From: a virus
Lineage: Duplodnaviria; Caudoviricetes
IMG/VR virus record: IMGVR_UViG_3300020044_009410
Coordinates: 1-46,754 of that record
Length of the DNA: 46,754 nt
Reading direction: 5' to 3' (one strand)
The position numbers were made by a program, and so were the translations under genes. A model generated the notes under the pieces. The model was not told the DNA's origin and ran no database searches. It saw only the letters and a list, made by a program, of their open reading frames with translations. The stretch's first letter is position 1, and every line of letters starts with the position of its first letter. This document shows positions 24,246-34,982 of this stretch, one piece after another.

Positions 24246-26233
24246 GCTGACCCAGCCACAGATAACGATAGTAAAGCCCCACTATTCTGCTGACATGCTG
24301 TGGTATGCATGTTTGCAGATGACTGGTTGATATTTCCCACTGTATTTGATACAAATGTTACGCCAGTGCAAAGCATAACATTAGTACCTGTTGAATCAAG
24401 CCCCCGACCAGTATTGGCAACCGATCTTCCACCAGAAATTGTTACCGTCGAGTTTGTAATACGGATGCCGTCCCCATTATTTGATTGCGATTTGAATTTT
24501 GAAATAGATACGCCGATTGCACTGGTTAAATGTATACCGTGGATATTTGCTGGGGCGTATGCTTGACCAACTCGCCCATTAACAAAAATGCTATTTACTT
24601 CATAGTCAGAACCGCCTGATATTGCTAACCCATGATCTCCACACAAGGAAGCAACACACTCTCCCAGGAAATAGATATATTGACATCCGCTAACAATATA
24701 AAAACCTTTTCCACCAACTGTGTCAGCCATGCAATTTGTAAGCCAAACAGCTTTGCAATTTTGGAAAGCAAAACCGTGGTTTGATGTTGTTGTACCGTCA
24801 ACTAGACCGCCAGTAACATCGCATGAGTATATAAACGCGCCTTCATTCCCCGTAATAGAAAACCCTGTATGATTGCGAGATGAAGAGCCTACATAATCTA
24901 TAGTAACAAAAAACATTTTTAAGTAAGCAAACACCTTTGAAAACGCCACGCCTACGCCTCTATGAACCCTGCAAGAAGCCTCATATAACGTAACGTTTAT
25001 TGCTGAATTAGCCCCGCCAGCATCTCCAATTAACTGTGAAGAATGGAAAGTAACAACCCTTGCCATTGTAAAACGCTCAATTGCAGACAAGTCTGTTCTA
25101 AGTAATACAACCCCACCGCCAAGAGTAGATGAGCCTGTAAATTGAAAATCAAATACAGCAGCATCACTCCCAGTAACATCAAACAGCCAATCACCATTTG
25201 TTTTTTTAAATTTTGCTTTATTGCCAGCAATTGTTTTATTTGCTGCAATTGTCACCCTGGATGTAAACTCATACTCACCAGCCGACGGGGAAAACTCAAT
25301 CCTGTTAAAATTTGCTAAAGCTGTTGTTAATAAAGATGAGTTATTAAAACCGATTTCTGCTTTAATTCCAGCAACTGCAGCATTAATAATGTCAGACTTT
25401 GTGAAAAGCTTCCATCTGCCACCATCAGCGGCAACGTGTACAGTAACGCCGTTGTCTATTGTTGTGGTATCTAAAGGGTCGAGTCTATAAATTGCAGCAC
25501 CACCATCGCCAGAGGCATAATACCCGCTGGTAACAATTGAGGCGTAGGAGGTTTTTAGCTTTGTTTTTAAGTCTGATATTGATTGCGCATACCCAACTCC
25601 ACCAGCATTTAAAACATCCCACACAAAACCAGTAGTAGCTAATCTTGTCGAGTCATTTGATATAGATTGTGTTGGGGCTGTTGGGTTTCCAAGAAATGCT
25701 GGACTATTAAAATACTCGCCAATAAAAGTTGCTTCACTAACAGTGCCTAATGAAACATTCCCGCTTCCATCAAACATGATTACCTTATCGGCAAGGGGCA
25801 TGTTTTGCGGGATGTCAAAATTCAATCCATCGCGTATTGGAGCAGCCTTCACGCACCGTGAAACAGTATCGGAAAGCTCATTAACTTTCAAGGTCAACTT
25901 ATCAAGAGAATTTTCAAGTGATTGTGGGTTATATGCATTTTGAGATGTTATATCGTAACCCTGATGACCAGGGGTAGATGAATAGATTCTTAAGTTATAC
26001 CCAGAAGCAAGTGGAGTAGTTAGTAAGATTGAGCCGCCAGGAGATGTGTCCTGGTTTGAATTTAAAGTAACTATATAATCAGAATCTTTAACTAGAAGAG
26101 TCGTATCGTTCCCGAAAAACTTATAAACATCTATGTTTTCTGCGGTTTTACACCAAAAAGAGAATGCAAATGTATTGGTTATGCCGTTGCCAATATATAA
26201 GCTGCTTTTTACGGTTTCGTTTCCAATTGTCAT
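24242..26233 (-). CDS. Tailspike/tail fibre with probable beta-helix depolymerase
   Basis: T7 gp17-like anchor (YIGNG...LENSLDKLT), SPAF.G.PTAPT linker, GYYASGDGGAA motif, beta-helix-like C-terminus. Confidence 0.85.
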   Translation of the reverse strand: MTIGNETVKSSLYIGNGITNTFAFSFWCKTAENIDVYKFFGNDTTLLVKDSDYIVTLNSNQDTSPGGSILLTTPLASGYNLRIYSSTPGHQGYDITSQNAYNPQSLENSLDKLTLKVNELSDTVSRCVKAAPIRDGLNFDIPQNMPLADKVIMFDGSGNVSLGTVSEATFIGEYFNSPAFLGNPTAPTQSISNDSTRLATTGFVWDVLNAGGVGYAQSISDLKTKLKTSYASIVTSGYYASGDGGAAIYRLDPLDTTTIDNGVTVHVAADGGRWKLFTKSDIINAAVAGIKAEIGFNNSSLLTTALANFNRIEFSPSAGEYEFTSRVTIAANKTIAGNKAKFKKTNGDWLFDVTGSDAAVFDFQFTGSSTLGGGVVLLRTDLSAIERFTMARVVTFHSSQLIGDAGGANSAINVTLYEASCRVHRGVGVAFSKVFAYLKMFFVTIDYVGSSSRNHTGFSITGNEGAFIYSCDVTGGLVDGTTTSNHGFAFQNCKAVWLTNCMADTVGGKGFYIVSGCQYIYFLGECVASLCGDHGLAISGGSDYEVNSIFVNGRVGQAYAPANIHGIHLTSAIGVSISKFKSQSNNGDGIRITNSTVTISGGRSVANTGRGLDSTGTNVMLCTGVTFVSNTVGNINQSSANMHTTACQQNSGALLSLSVAGSA

Positions 26234-29200
26234 TTTCTCTTATTCCCAAAAATTAGACCTGTATAATTACCTAACTCATTGTTGTTATTTTCCAACAATT
26301 TATCAGCGGCGTCAACAGTTTTATTGATTTGAGCAGAAGGAATTCCCGTTGCGTCTCCTGCAACTGTTACAAGTGCCTTTAATAGTTTTTTGTCAAATGG
26401 ATTCTCACCATTAAACCCTTTTGCTATTGAGCCAAAAATAGCTTTTGCAGCTTGTCCAGAGTCGTATATCAATGCCGTGCCGCTTGGTCCATTATAATCT
26501 CCAAAATTGCTAACTAATGATGAAGGAACAAAAGCCAATTCCCTTACAAATGGAAGCAACCCAATCGCATTGCTTGCAACATCAGCAGCTCCTTTTTTAA
26601 GTAAAGACTCTGCATCCATCTCATCCCCAGTTAAGGCTGCACGCAATATAGTAGCAACAAGCGTTGGCATAATTGAAACATTAATAACCGCCATCATAAA
26701 ATCAACGTTTGGCTTTGTTTTATAGGTGTTATAAAGGACGTTGTATTGTGAGTTCATATACCCATACAAAACACTAAATAGCTGCATCACGCCTTTTTTA
26801 CGCTGAAATGAAGACATATTGAAATCAAGCGCGCCTGACTGTGTTGAAAGCACATCAATTGATGCCTGTTTTGCAGCAGCGTCTTCGCCCATAGAAGAAA
26901 CATTTTTTCCGTAGCTTGCATTCCAAACAATCGCATCTGTTATTGCCCCTGTTTTTTGCATTAAAAAATATCCCCATCTTGTAGCAAATTCCCTAAACTT
27001 TGTAACGCTACGAAGAGATGCTTGTACCTCTGATATTTCTCTTGTCCTAGTTTGATCTCGAATTTGCATCATCTCTTGGCTAAGGCGAATATCTCTCATT
27101 CTGCTCGGGTTTGCAATTAGCGCAACAACCTCATTAAGTAGGTTTTTAAGCCCGACCTTTGGTGCCGCTTGCAAAAATCCGCTCAAATTCACAACGCTAG
27201 ATGTAACATTTGCACTAAGCCTTGCAAGCGCAATATTTTGACGAATCATGCCAGCTACTTTGTCTACTGCGGTTGTCACAGCCATATTTGCTGAAACGGT
27301 ATCCCGAAAATAATCCTTAATGACCTTCAGGGTTGAAATGCCATGAGTCTCCTCAATTGCATTAGTTATTTTTTTACTTCTTAGAATTCGAGAAACATCT
27401 ATTGAAGGCTTTTGGAAATTTATATAATGTATTGCCTGGCTTAGCCCAGAAAACATCCCATCCAAATCCAAAACCAATTCCTTCCCGATAACCTGGTCAA
27501 CGCGGCTTTTTAGGAACGACTGATTTACTCTTGCCTGCAGGGCTGCAATATGTGAGCTTGCTTTTATGCCTGTTTCGTCCACTAAATCTTGAACCTCGCT
27601 TGATTTCCAATTGTCATAAACAACTGGGTAATACCCCCCAGACAATGTAACTTCAGAACCATCATTAGCAATCAATGTTATTTGTCTGGGCGTAATCATC
27701 TCTGGCTCAACGCCATTTATTTCTCGGTACACATTGGTTATCTCTGGCTCAAGTCTAGCCATGATGTCCCAAATCTTTTGGGCTGCCAAAATATCTTCTT
27801 TCGATAATGTGGAAATAACCTCATTTATTTGCGCTGGTGTTATTTTTTTTCTATTTATGCCACCGCTAAGCAATCTGCTGTAATTCGATTCATTTCCAAC
27901 ATTAAGTAAAACAGCCATTCTGGCGCGCCAATTCAACTCCATGCCAAGCGAATCAAATTGAATTCCACTGCCTGTTTTTTCCGATACACTTTGTTTTTCG
28001 TATAATGGATAAAGTATTTTATAGACCTCTCCAGCATACTCTATATTCATTTTTTTTGACTTAACATCAGCATCGATCAACGGCTCTAACACGGATTTAA
28101 AAAAAACTCCCATATCATCGCCATTATCAATGATGTTTACCACATTACCAGCAGTTAACGCTTCGCTAATAAAAAAATCAAACCCATGCTGAAGCCGATC
28201 ACTCATCTTGCTCCTGTTGTAGGTCTTTTTCGTTTTTACTTTGCCAGTGAATTTTTTGATGTGCGATGACAGATTTTCTTCAATGTCCTTAAATGATTCA
28301 CCATTTAGCAGCGAATCCCTTTTTTTGCCAAGATTTTCAATATGCTTCACAACTGAATATAACCCGTCTATCTCCTCAACAGTCAATTCAGCAAATGGCA
28401 TCTGTTTTTTTTGTTCAATCATTGAGACAAGTAAGTCTATCTGCTCTTGCTCTGATTTAAAAATAAGATTGCCTTCTGAATCACGCTGTTCCATCATTAG
28501 CGCAAAGTTTTTACGTTGTTGCTTGGTGAGCAAAGAAAAAACAAAGTCTGGGACTCTTCCAGATTGAAGTTGTGTAAGAACAAACTTACGCAATGCCCCA
28601 TCATCGACATTTGTTTTTTTTGCAAAATCATAAGCATCAAGCACTTGTAAAATTGCCTGGTGGTAATCATAGCCAATGGCTTTTGCGCTAGATTTCGACC
28701 TAACTTTTTCAAAATATTTTAGATGTTGTTCAATGCGTTTTTTGGTTTTCACAGATTCTGAAAGCACTGATATATTAAATAATTGCGCACGTTTCTTTGT
28801 CAATGCTTCTTCATACTGCCCATTTTTAAAAAGCTTATAAAAATCTAACGCTGACTTTTTCGATGCTGCAATAAAATATCCATCTTTCAATTCTTTTATT
28901 TTCTTTGATTGGACATAGGTGTATGCAATATTTTCTAATTTTCCTAGCGTTATTTTCTTCTCTAGCGCACTGCTTTTACGCATTTCATTATTGATCGTAT
29001 CCACACGACCTTTTGTAATCGTTAGCTCTTCATAAAGTTTTAATAAATAATCTTTATTGCTAATTGCAGAATTTAATTCGCGTTCAGTAACAAATGCATT
29101 TTTAAGCTTGCCATATTTTTGGTACATCTTCGCGTCAACAGCAGCGTCAACCATTGTTTTCTCACCAGAAAAACTTGCAAGGTTTTCGAGTAAAGAGTTA

Positions 29201-31830
29201 GATGTTTGGAATAGACCAGTTAAGGCATTAAAGTACTCAATGGACATCCCATCTTTTTTTGTGTACTTCATTAAGCCAGATGGGTCTATCCCAAGTGCTT
29301 TAGCTATTGACCTGACCTCTTTTGAATCTAACTTCATTGAGTCTTTTCCATAGCTCTTGCCGCCAAGTTCGCCCGACTGGATTATTTTATGAGCTTTAAC
29401 AACTGGCAGACTGCTAATCTCAATTTTTGTTTTTTCGGTAGTAGCCGCCCTGAAGTCTTTGATTGCTTTTAATTTTTTAACTCTGTCTAAATTTGCGTTT
29501 ATGTATTTTAGGTCTTTTTCAACTCGGGCAAAAGATATTTTTGCATTTGGAGATGTGATAGCAATGTCCATCTCTGCAATAGCAGTCATTGTCTCAGATA
29601 CAGCATTAACCGCAGAAGACTTTGTCTGCGCATAGGAGGCTCTCTCGACTTCTGTTAAATCGCTCATATCAATGTCAATATCAAGCCCAGCCCTGTTTAT
29701 TTGCTTTGAAGATAAGTCTTCAAAATAAAACATTCTTGCAAAAATATCTTTTATATTTTGATCAAGCTGTATGTTATACACTTCTCCAACGTTTGTGTAT
29801 GATGAAGCATTTAAGTATTTATAAGAACCAAACATCCAATTTTTAAAAGCGCGAAATGGATTTTTTAATCTGTCTACTGGCGGCTTACCTTCAGAAAAAT
29901 AAACCTCAATCGACTCTGCCATTTTTTCATGCGCAGCCGTGCGCTCATCTTGAGGCGCGTTGATGAACGCTTCTATGCTGTCAAACCCTAAATATTTCAT
30001 TAGCCCATCAGCATCCTCTCTTAATTTTTGAGGGATTCCATCTTGCTTTGTAACCGTTGTATATAAGTCTAGGAAGAAGTGCCCAGACTCATGGATAAGG
30101 GTTGATGGGTCTGAATTTTGATAAATGCTAATTAGCCTTTTTTCAGCATCATACCCACCGCGAGATTTTTCTGATGTCCCAATCGTAAAGTCAATAGGCG
30201 ATTGGCTGTATAGCTCTTGTGGCGTAATTCCTATTTGATCAGCAAGGTTTGAGTAAATTTGGTCATAAGCAAGCGCAATAAATCCAGCCGATTTATCATC
30301 AGTTATGGACTTTAATTTTGTTTTAATCTCAGTGTAAACAAACGGTTTATCTTTTGAGACTCTGTCAATCTCTGTTTTGATTTCTTCAGTTAGCCTATTG
30401 CCTTCAGTCTCCAACTCTGAAAGCGTCATCCCGTCTGGCTCGACAGTAAGAAGCCTACTTAGCTTTTCCTGTGTGGCTTTGTCAGTAGCTAAAAAGTCTG
30501 CAATTGATACAGTAATTGCGTGAGAATCGTCTATAATAGAATCTATCTGCTCCTTGATTGAAGCAGGCATGCTATCGACTTCTTGCTGCGTAAACTCTTT
30601 AAGCTTTTCTTGAGATAGGTATAATTCTTTTACGTCATTTACAATTGTGCTTTCTGAAACAAATCGCTGCATTAGTTCAGGCGACCTAGTTTTTAATTTT
30701 GTTGCATCAGCTTCCTCGGACAGCCGTTTCAACCCTTCCTCAATGTTTGCTTGTGCGTCTATTTTTGACGCAATCTCTGCTTGCTCTTTGAATTTACGTT
30801 GATATATATTTGCTCCACCAGTCATCATTAAAGTTTGCCAAAATGTTGTGACAACTGTATCTCTCAAATCTGCAGGCAAGTTTTTTAAGTATTTTTCAAT
30901 ATTATTTGGGTTGCTAGGGTCTTCACCTGGGAGCATCAGATTTTCTGTTAAATTTTGCCCAATGGTAGTTGCCATTTCAGTAGGTATTTCAACTGCTAGT
31001 TGATTTACAAGCATCTTCATAAAGCCAGTATTTTTCACTAGGTCTTTAACAAAAACTTTTGCACCAATATATTCAAAACCAGATTCAATAGCAGCTTGTG
31101 CGCCACCATAAATCATTGCGTCGCCTCGACTTAATCCTTGCTTTAACGCCTGTGTTTCAGACTGCGTGTAGGTCTGGAAAAAAGCCCACCCAGCCATCAT
31201 AAAAGGATTTTTTTTTGCAATTGTGGCTAAAATCCCAGGGCTTTGCGTAGTAAGGCTTGAAACTGCATTGTAAAACCCTTTGCCAACAACCCCGTAATTT
31301 TTTGTGGCATCCAACGCCAGCCCCTGTGAAACTTCATACGATGCATTCTTTACGTCTCTAAAATCCCCAGCCGCATTCTCAAAGTCCTTTGCTAATTGGT
31401 CAGCCCCAACCGCGCTAGATAAATAAGATAGCCCATATCCAACATTTTCGGAAAGCCACGCACCAGAACCCACAATGGCAGATGCGCCAGACCCAACAGC
31501 TTTCATCGCATCTTTTACATTGTTCAGTCTGCGCTCAAAAAAACCAAGCTCGTTCCAGTCGTCCTTTATAATTGGGGCTGTTTTTTTATCAATAATCCAG
31601 CCAAGAAGACCAGGCGTGTATTTTTGCATCTCCTCATAATTAATCCCATCAATCTGCTGATTTAAAAGAATATTTTTTCTTGACTCAGCGTTTTTTGCAA
31701 TTTCATCGTCAATCGGCGCATTAATACGCTGAAGTTCAATTGCGGTCTCAGGCGAGATGTTTTGGCTAAGGTTGGCTTTTACCCTGCTTTTTAAGTCAAA
31801 TTCGATTTGATCAAAAATATTTTGGCTCAT
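26230..31830 (-). CDS. Large internal virion (ejection) protein with HExxH domain
   Basis: 1866 aa, position before tailspike, RGGYD...STLIHESGHFFL. Confidence 0.8.
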   Translation of the reverse strand: MSQNIFDQIEFDLKSRVKANLSQNISPETAIELQRINAPIDDEIAKNAESRKNILLNQQIDGINYEEMQKYTPGLLGWIIDKKTAPIIKDDWNELGFFERRLNNVKDAMKAVGSGASAIVGSGAWLSENVGYGLSYLSSAVGADQLAKDFENAAGDFRDVKNASYEVSQGLALDATKNYGVVGKGFYNAVSSLTTQSPGILATIAKKNPFMMAGWAFFQTYTQSETQALKQGLSRGDAMIYGGAQAAIESGFEYIGAKVFVKDLVKNTGFMKMLVNQLAVEIPTEMATTIGQNLTENLMLPGEDPSNPNNIEKYLKNLPADLRDTVVTTFWQTLMMTGGANIYQRKFKEQAEIASKIDAQANIEEGLKRLSEEADATKLKTRSPELMQRFVSESTIVNDVKELYLSQEKLKEFTQQEVDSMPASIKEQIDSIIDDSHAITVSIADFLATDKATQEKLSRLLTVEPDGMTLSELETEGNRLTEEIKTEIDRVSKDKPFVYTEIKTKLKSITDDKSAGFIALAYDQIYSNLADQIGITPQELYSQSPIDFTIGTSEKSRGGYDAEKRLISIYQNSDPSTLIHESGHFFLDLYTTVTKQDGIPQKLREDADGLMKYLGFDSIEAFINAPQDERTAAHEKMAESIEVYFSEGKPPVDRLKNPFRAFKNWMFGSYKYLNASSYTNVGEVYNIQLDQNIKDIFARMFYFEDLSSKQINRAGLDIDIDMSDLTEVERASYAQTKSSAVNAVSETMTAIAEMDIAITSPNAKISFARVEKDLKYINANLDRVKKLKAIKDFRAATTEKTKIEISSLPVVKAHKIIQSGELGGKSYGKDSMKLDSKEVRSIAKALGIDPSGLMKYTKKDGMSIEYFNALTGLFQTSNSLLENLASFSGEKTMVDAAVDAKMYQKYGKLKNAFVTERELNSAISNKDYLLKLYEELTITKGRVDTINNEMRKSSALEKKITLGKLENIAYTYVQSKKIKELKDGYFIAASKKSALDFYKLFKNGQYEEALTKKRAQLFNISVLSESVKTKKRIEQHLKYFEKVRSKSSAKAIGYDYHQAILQVLDAYDFAKKTNVDDGALRKFVLTQLQSGRVPDFVFSLLTKQQRKNFALMMEQRDSEGNLIFKSEQEQIDLLVSMIEQKKQMPFAELTVEEIDGLYSVVKHIENLGKKRDSLLNGESFKDIEENLSSHIKKFTGKVKTKKTYNRSKMSDRLQHGFDFFISEALTAGNVVNIIDNGDDMGVFFKSVLEPLIDADVKSKKMNIEYAGEVYKILYPLYEKQSVSEKTGSGIQFDSLGMELNWRARMAVLLNVGNESNYSRLLSGGINRKKITPAQINEVISTLSKEDILAAQKIWDIMARLEPEITNVYREINGVEPEMITPRQITLIANDGSEVTLSGGYYPVVYDNWKSSEVQDLVDETGIKASSHIAALQARVNQSFLKSRVDQVIGKELVLDLDGMFSGLSQAIHYINFQKPSIDVSRILRSKKITNAIEETHGISTLKVIKDYFRDTVSANMAVTTAVDKVAGMIRQNIALARLSANVTSSVVNLSGFLQAAPKVGLKNLLNEVVALIANPSRMRDIRLSQEMMQIRDQTRTREISEVQASLRSVTKFREFATRWGYFLMQKTGAITDAIVWNASYGKNVSSMGEDAAAKQASIDVLSTQSGALDFNMSSFQRKKGVMQLFSVLYGYMNSQYNVLYNTYKTKPNVDFMMAVINVSIMPTLVATILRAALTGDEMDAESLLKKGAADVASNAIGLLPFVRELAFVPSSLVSNFGDYNGPSGTALIYDSGQAAKAIFGSIAKGFNGENPFDKKLLKALVTVAGDATGIPSAQINKTVDAADKLLENNNNELGNYTGLIFGNKRK

Positions 31831-34391
31831 TTAATTTTCCCATTTCGAACTGCATCAATTAGAGTTTTGATTGGGTCTATATTACCAGATATTTGTTCAT
31901 TTATATTTGTTTTTTTAGGAGGAACAAATGCTCTATTGCCCTGATTCTGGAAATTTGACATTTGGCTTAACCTATCAGCTTCCTTAGATTTTATTTTGCC
32001 TTCCAAGTAAAATTGTAATAATTGCTCATCTGTGGGGTTTTGGACTCCACGAGCAAGTGCTATTGATTTTAATTTTTGCTTTTCATCAAAAGGTAAATTG
32101 CTAACATCTTTTTTAAATAATGGCTCACCCTCATTTGCTATGTTAAATGCCCGCGAGGCTAGGCTTGACAACTCAACATCAGTTGCTTTTTTCTTGTTCT
32201 GAAGTTGATAATCTTCTACTGCAGAAATAAACGCCATTTTGAAAGATGAAATCCTTGAGGCATTTTGGTCTTTATCTTTTTTTGAAATTATCCCGCTTTG
32301 GCTTAAAAGATTCGATAAATGGTAGTCAACTTTTGAATAATCAATTTTTGTAAAATCATTTGCTTGCTTTTCTTTTTCAGATTTTCCTTGCTGGCTCATA
32401 ATTCTTTGATTGCGCTCTTCTATCAAAGACTTATGCAACTTTGCTGGCAAGGCTGAAAGCGCATTTAAAAATTCCTTCTCTGGCATCTTGTCCATCGCGA
32501 AATGCAACTGCCCATAAAGTTTATTGTCAAAATTTATATCGCCTTGACTTTGATAAAAACTAATAATTTGCTTTGCTTGATCTGGGTCGAGGTGTCTTAA
32601 ATGGTCTTTAACTGCGTTTACATTCCATGCAACAGACTCTCCATTAAGCAATAAAGCTTTTGTAACTTCATTTTGCATTTCATCTCTAGCCTTTTTATCT
32701 CCATCAAACTTAGATTTAAGTTTGCCAAGAGTTAGTTTAAGGGCATCAGGGTTGTCCTTCAACTCTCGCATAGCTTGCTGTTGGGCAGAAACGTAGGATT
32801 CAGCCGTCATAAAGTTTGGGAATGATATAGAAGATGACTGCTGTTGAGCTCCTACAGTAGGTGGCTGTGAAAGCTGACCAGCTTCTGGCACTTCTTTACC
32901 ATTTATAATTTTTGTTTTTATTGTTGTTGGCGAACTTATTTTTTGCGCCTCAGAGTTATAACGCTGCAAATATTTTCTTGTCTCGTCAAATCCTTTTGGC
33001 GGCAACCCATTTGGAGTCTTAACGCCGTCAGGATTAAGCAAATACCTCTTCCCAGTTGATGGGCTTGTGACCCATGTTGGCTTACCAAAAAAATAAGCAT
33101 CAGCAACGCCTTGTCCAGCATTGTAGCTTACCAAAGCTGCTTCAACATTACCATTGTAACGCTTAACCATTTCTTCAAAATGTAAGTCGCCAAGTCTTTT
33201 ATTGTACTCAACCGCCTCAGCATCTTTCTTTGCGTCGCCAGTTCGTTTACGATTAAATAACTCTGGATTCCACGGTATACCATTTTTCTTAGCTGTTTCT
33301 TCAGCGGTCTTTGGGACTAATTGACTAATACCCCTTGCCCCCATATCTCTTCCGCTAGCACTTATCCCTTTAAGAGGGCTTCCATCTTTGCCAAAGTGCG
33401 TATTATTTGACTCAATCTTCCTACGTGCTTCGTTCGCAACGCTAATATTATGGGTAACAACTGGTTTACCATCTCCGTCCATTGTCACCGTCGGTAACGC
33501 TTTTATATTACTAGAAACGTTATTTTGGCTATAAATTTTCTCAACAGTCGCATCAGCCAAATCATTATCATCTTTTTCTTTTTTTATAGCTGACATTCTC
33601 ACAACAGTTGAGATTGGGAATTGACCAGGGTACTTATTGTAAAGGTCTATTGCGTCGTTTACTTTGCCTGATGCGATCTTTTGCTCGACAGCCCCAACCA
33701 TAACAGATTGGACTTCTTTTTGTGACTTATCATCTCCCCAAGCCAAAGGCTTGCCAAGAGACATTGCTAATTGTCTGTTCTTAGCATAAACTTCAGCCAT
33801 AAGCCCATCAAAGACTGTAATTGGGTTTCCATTATCGTCAACATGGCTAACGCCAAAAGCCCCACCTGTCTGAAGAGATAAAAGCATATTTTTTGTAGTT
33901 ATGCCGACTGAAAGGTTTAATGTTTCCTCGCTATATTTCTTCGTTTCATTCGCGACATGCGATTCAGCTTGCGTTCTAGTGCGCAACTTAAAATCGTTTA
34001 TTTGCCGCTTAAATGCTTCGCGCTGAACATCATTTGTTAAACTTTTTGAAACTTCTGCTTCCATACCATCCAGAGAGTCTGTAAAAAACTTACCAGCAGA
34101 TTGCTCACCTGTGAATGAAATGGCATCCCTGCCTTGTTTGTTTAACAGACCGTTTTTCTGGTCATACATCATCGCCGCAACTTTTTCTTGAAACTTGTTG
34201 GCGGCATCAATAGCGGCAATATTATTGATTTGGTTTTGCTCGTCAATGGCGATACCAAAAAGATTTGATGATGCCCTGTCCACACTTTGGGCAAAAGCAA
34301 CGACGTCCATCCCTGACTCGTTGAGTTTGTTTATAGAAGTTCCCGTAAGGCTGCCCTGTGTGAGTATATTGCTAGTATATTTTTGTACCAT
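31827..34391 (-). CDS. Internal virion protein with lytic transglycosylase domain
   Basis: IES, GARGISQLVPKTA, ALVSYNAGQG, ETRKY. Confidence 0.88.
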   Translation of the reverse strand: MVQKYTSNILTQGSLTGTSINKLNESGMDVVAFAQSVDRASSNLFGIAIDEQNQINNIAAIDAANKFQEKVAAMMYDQKNGLLNKQGRDAISFTGEQSAGKFFTDSLDGMEAEVSKSLTNDVQREAFKRQINDFKLRTRTQAESHVANETKKYSEETLNLSVGITTKNMLLSLQTGGAFGVSHVDDNGNPITVFDGLMAEVYAKNRQLAMSLGKPLAWGDDKSQKEVQSVMVGAVEQKIASGKVNDAIDLYNKYPGQFPISTVVRMSAIKKEKDDNDLADATVEKIYSQNNVSSNIKALPTVTMDGDGKPVVTHNISVANEARRKIESNNTHFGKDGSPLKGISASGRDMGARGISQLVPKTAEETAKKNGIPWNPELFNRKRTGDAKKDAEAVEYNKRLGDLHFEEMVKRYNGNVEAALVSYNAGQGVADAYFFGKPTWVTSPSTGKRYLLNPDGVKTPNGLPPKGFDETRKYLQRYNSEAQKISSPTTIKTKIINGKEVPEAGQLSQPPTVGAQQQSSSISFPNFMTAESYVSAQQQAMRELKDNPDALKLTLGKLKSKFDGDKKARDEMQNEVTKALLLNGESVAWNVNAVKDHLRHLDPDQAKQIISFYQSQGDINFDNKLYGQLHFAMDKMPEKEFLNALSALPAKLHKSLIEERNQRIMSQQGKSEKEKQANDFTKIDYSKVDYHLSNLLSQSGIISKKDKDQNASRISSFKMAFISAVEDYQLQNKKKATDVELSSLASRAFNIANEGEPLFKKDVSNLPFDEKQKLKSIALARGVQNPTDEQLLQFYLEGKIKSKEADRLSQMSNFQNQGNRAFVPPKKTNINEQISGNIDPIKTLIDAVRNGKIK

Positions 34392-34400
34392 CTTTATCTC

Positions 34401-34973
34401 TCAAAAAATAGGTGTTTCAAGTGCGTTGCCTTGGTCAAGACCAGCCTTTTTAGCTTTCAAGTAAGTGCCGTAAGTATTTGCTGTTGCCTCTACTGCTGCA
34501 CCAAGCACAGGCATCCATGCAGTACTGTTTTTCTTTTGAGTCTCGGATATTTTAGCAGAAGCCTTTAGTTCGTTTGATTTTGTTGTAAAGCCCAACGCGG
34601 ACATTGTAGAATTAAACCTAACAATATCAGCATCTCGTTGAACCTGCATTCTTGTCCGCCAAGAAACATCCTTTGTAGACCCATAGCCAAGTTCCGCCCC
34701 AGAAGCCCCATAACTTGCTATCTGCCCCTGAATTAATTCTTCGCCTTGAGCCAATACCTTGCTTGCCTGCTCCTTGCCCTTTTGCAACTCAAATTGGGCT
34801 TGCATCTCAGCAATTCGAGAGTTGCTAAGTGCAACATCTCGTTCAACTTCATTTTGTATATTCTTTAGAGAAAGCTGCCCAAATATAGCCCCAACTTGAG
34901 CAAATTGAGTAAACGACTTTGTACTTACAAAGAAGTCAGCCAAAGTAAAAGAATTGGTTTTATCATTAGCCAT
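34401..34973 (-). CDS. Small internal virion protein (T7 gp14-like)
   Basis: Position; QIASYGASGAELGYGS motif. Confidence 0.7.
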   Translation of the reverse strand: MANDKTNSFTLADFFVSTKSFTQFAQVGAIFGQLSLKNIQNEVERDVALSNSRIAEMQAQFELQKGKEQASKVLAQGEELIQGQIASYGASGAELGYGSTKDVSWRTRMQVQRDADIVRFNSTMSALGFTTKSNELKASAKISETQKKNSTAWMPVLGAAVEATANTYGTYLKAKKAGLDQGNALETPIF

Positions 34974-34982
34974 GATACCCCA

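Noticed and set aside
20585-26233. BPP-1-type diversity-generating retroelement
   Set aside because: No reverse transcriptase ORF and no template/variable repeat pair seen for either fibre gene
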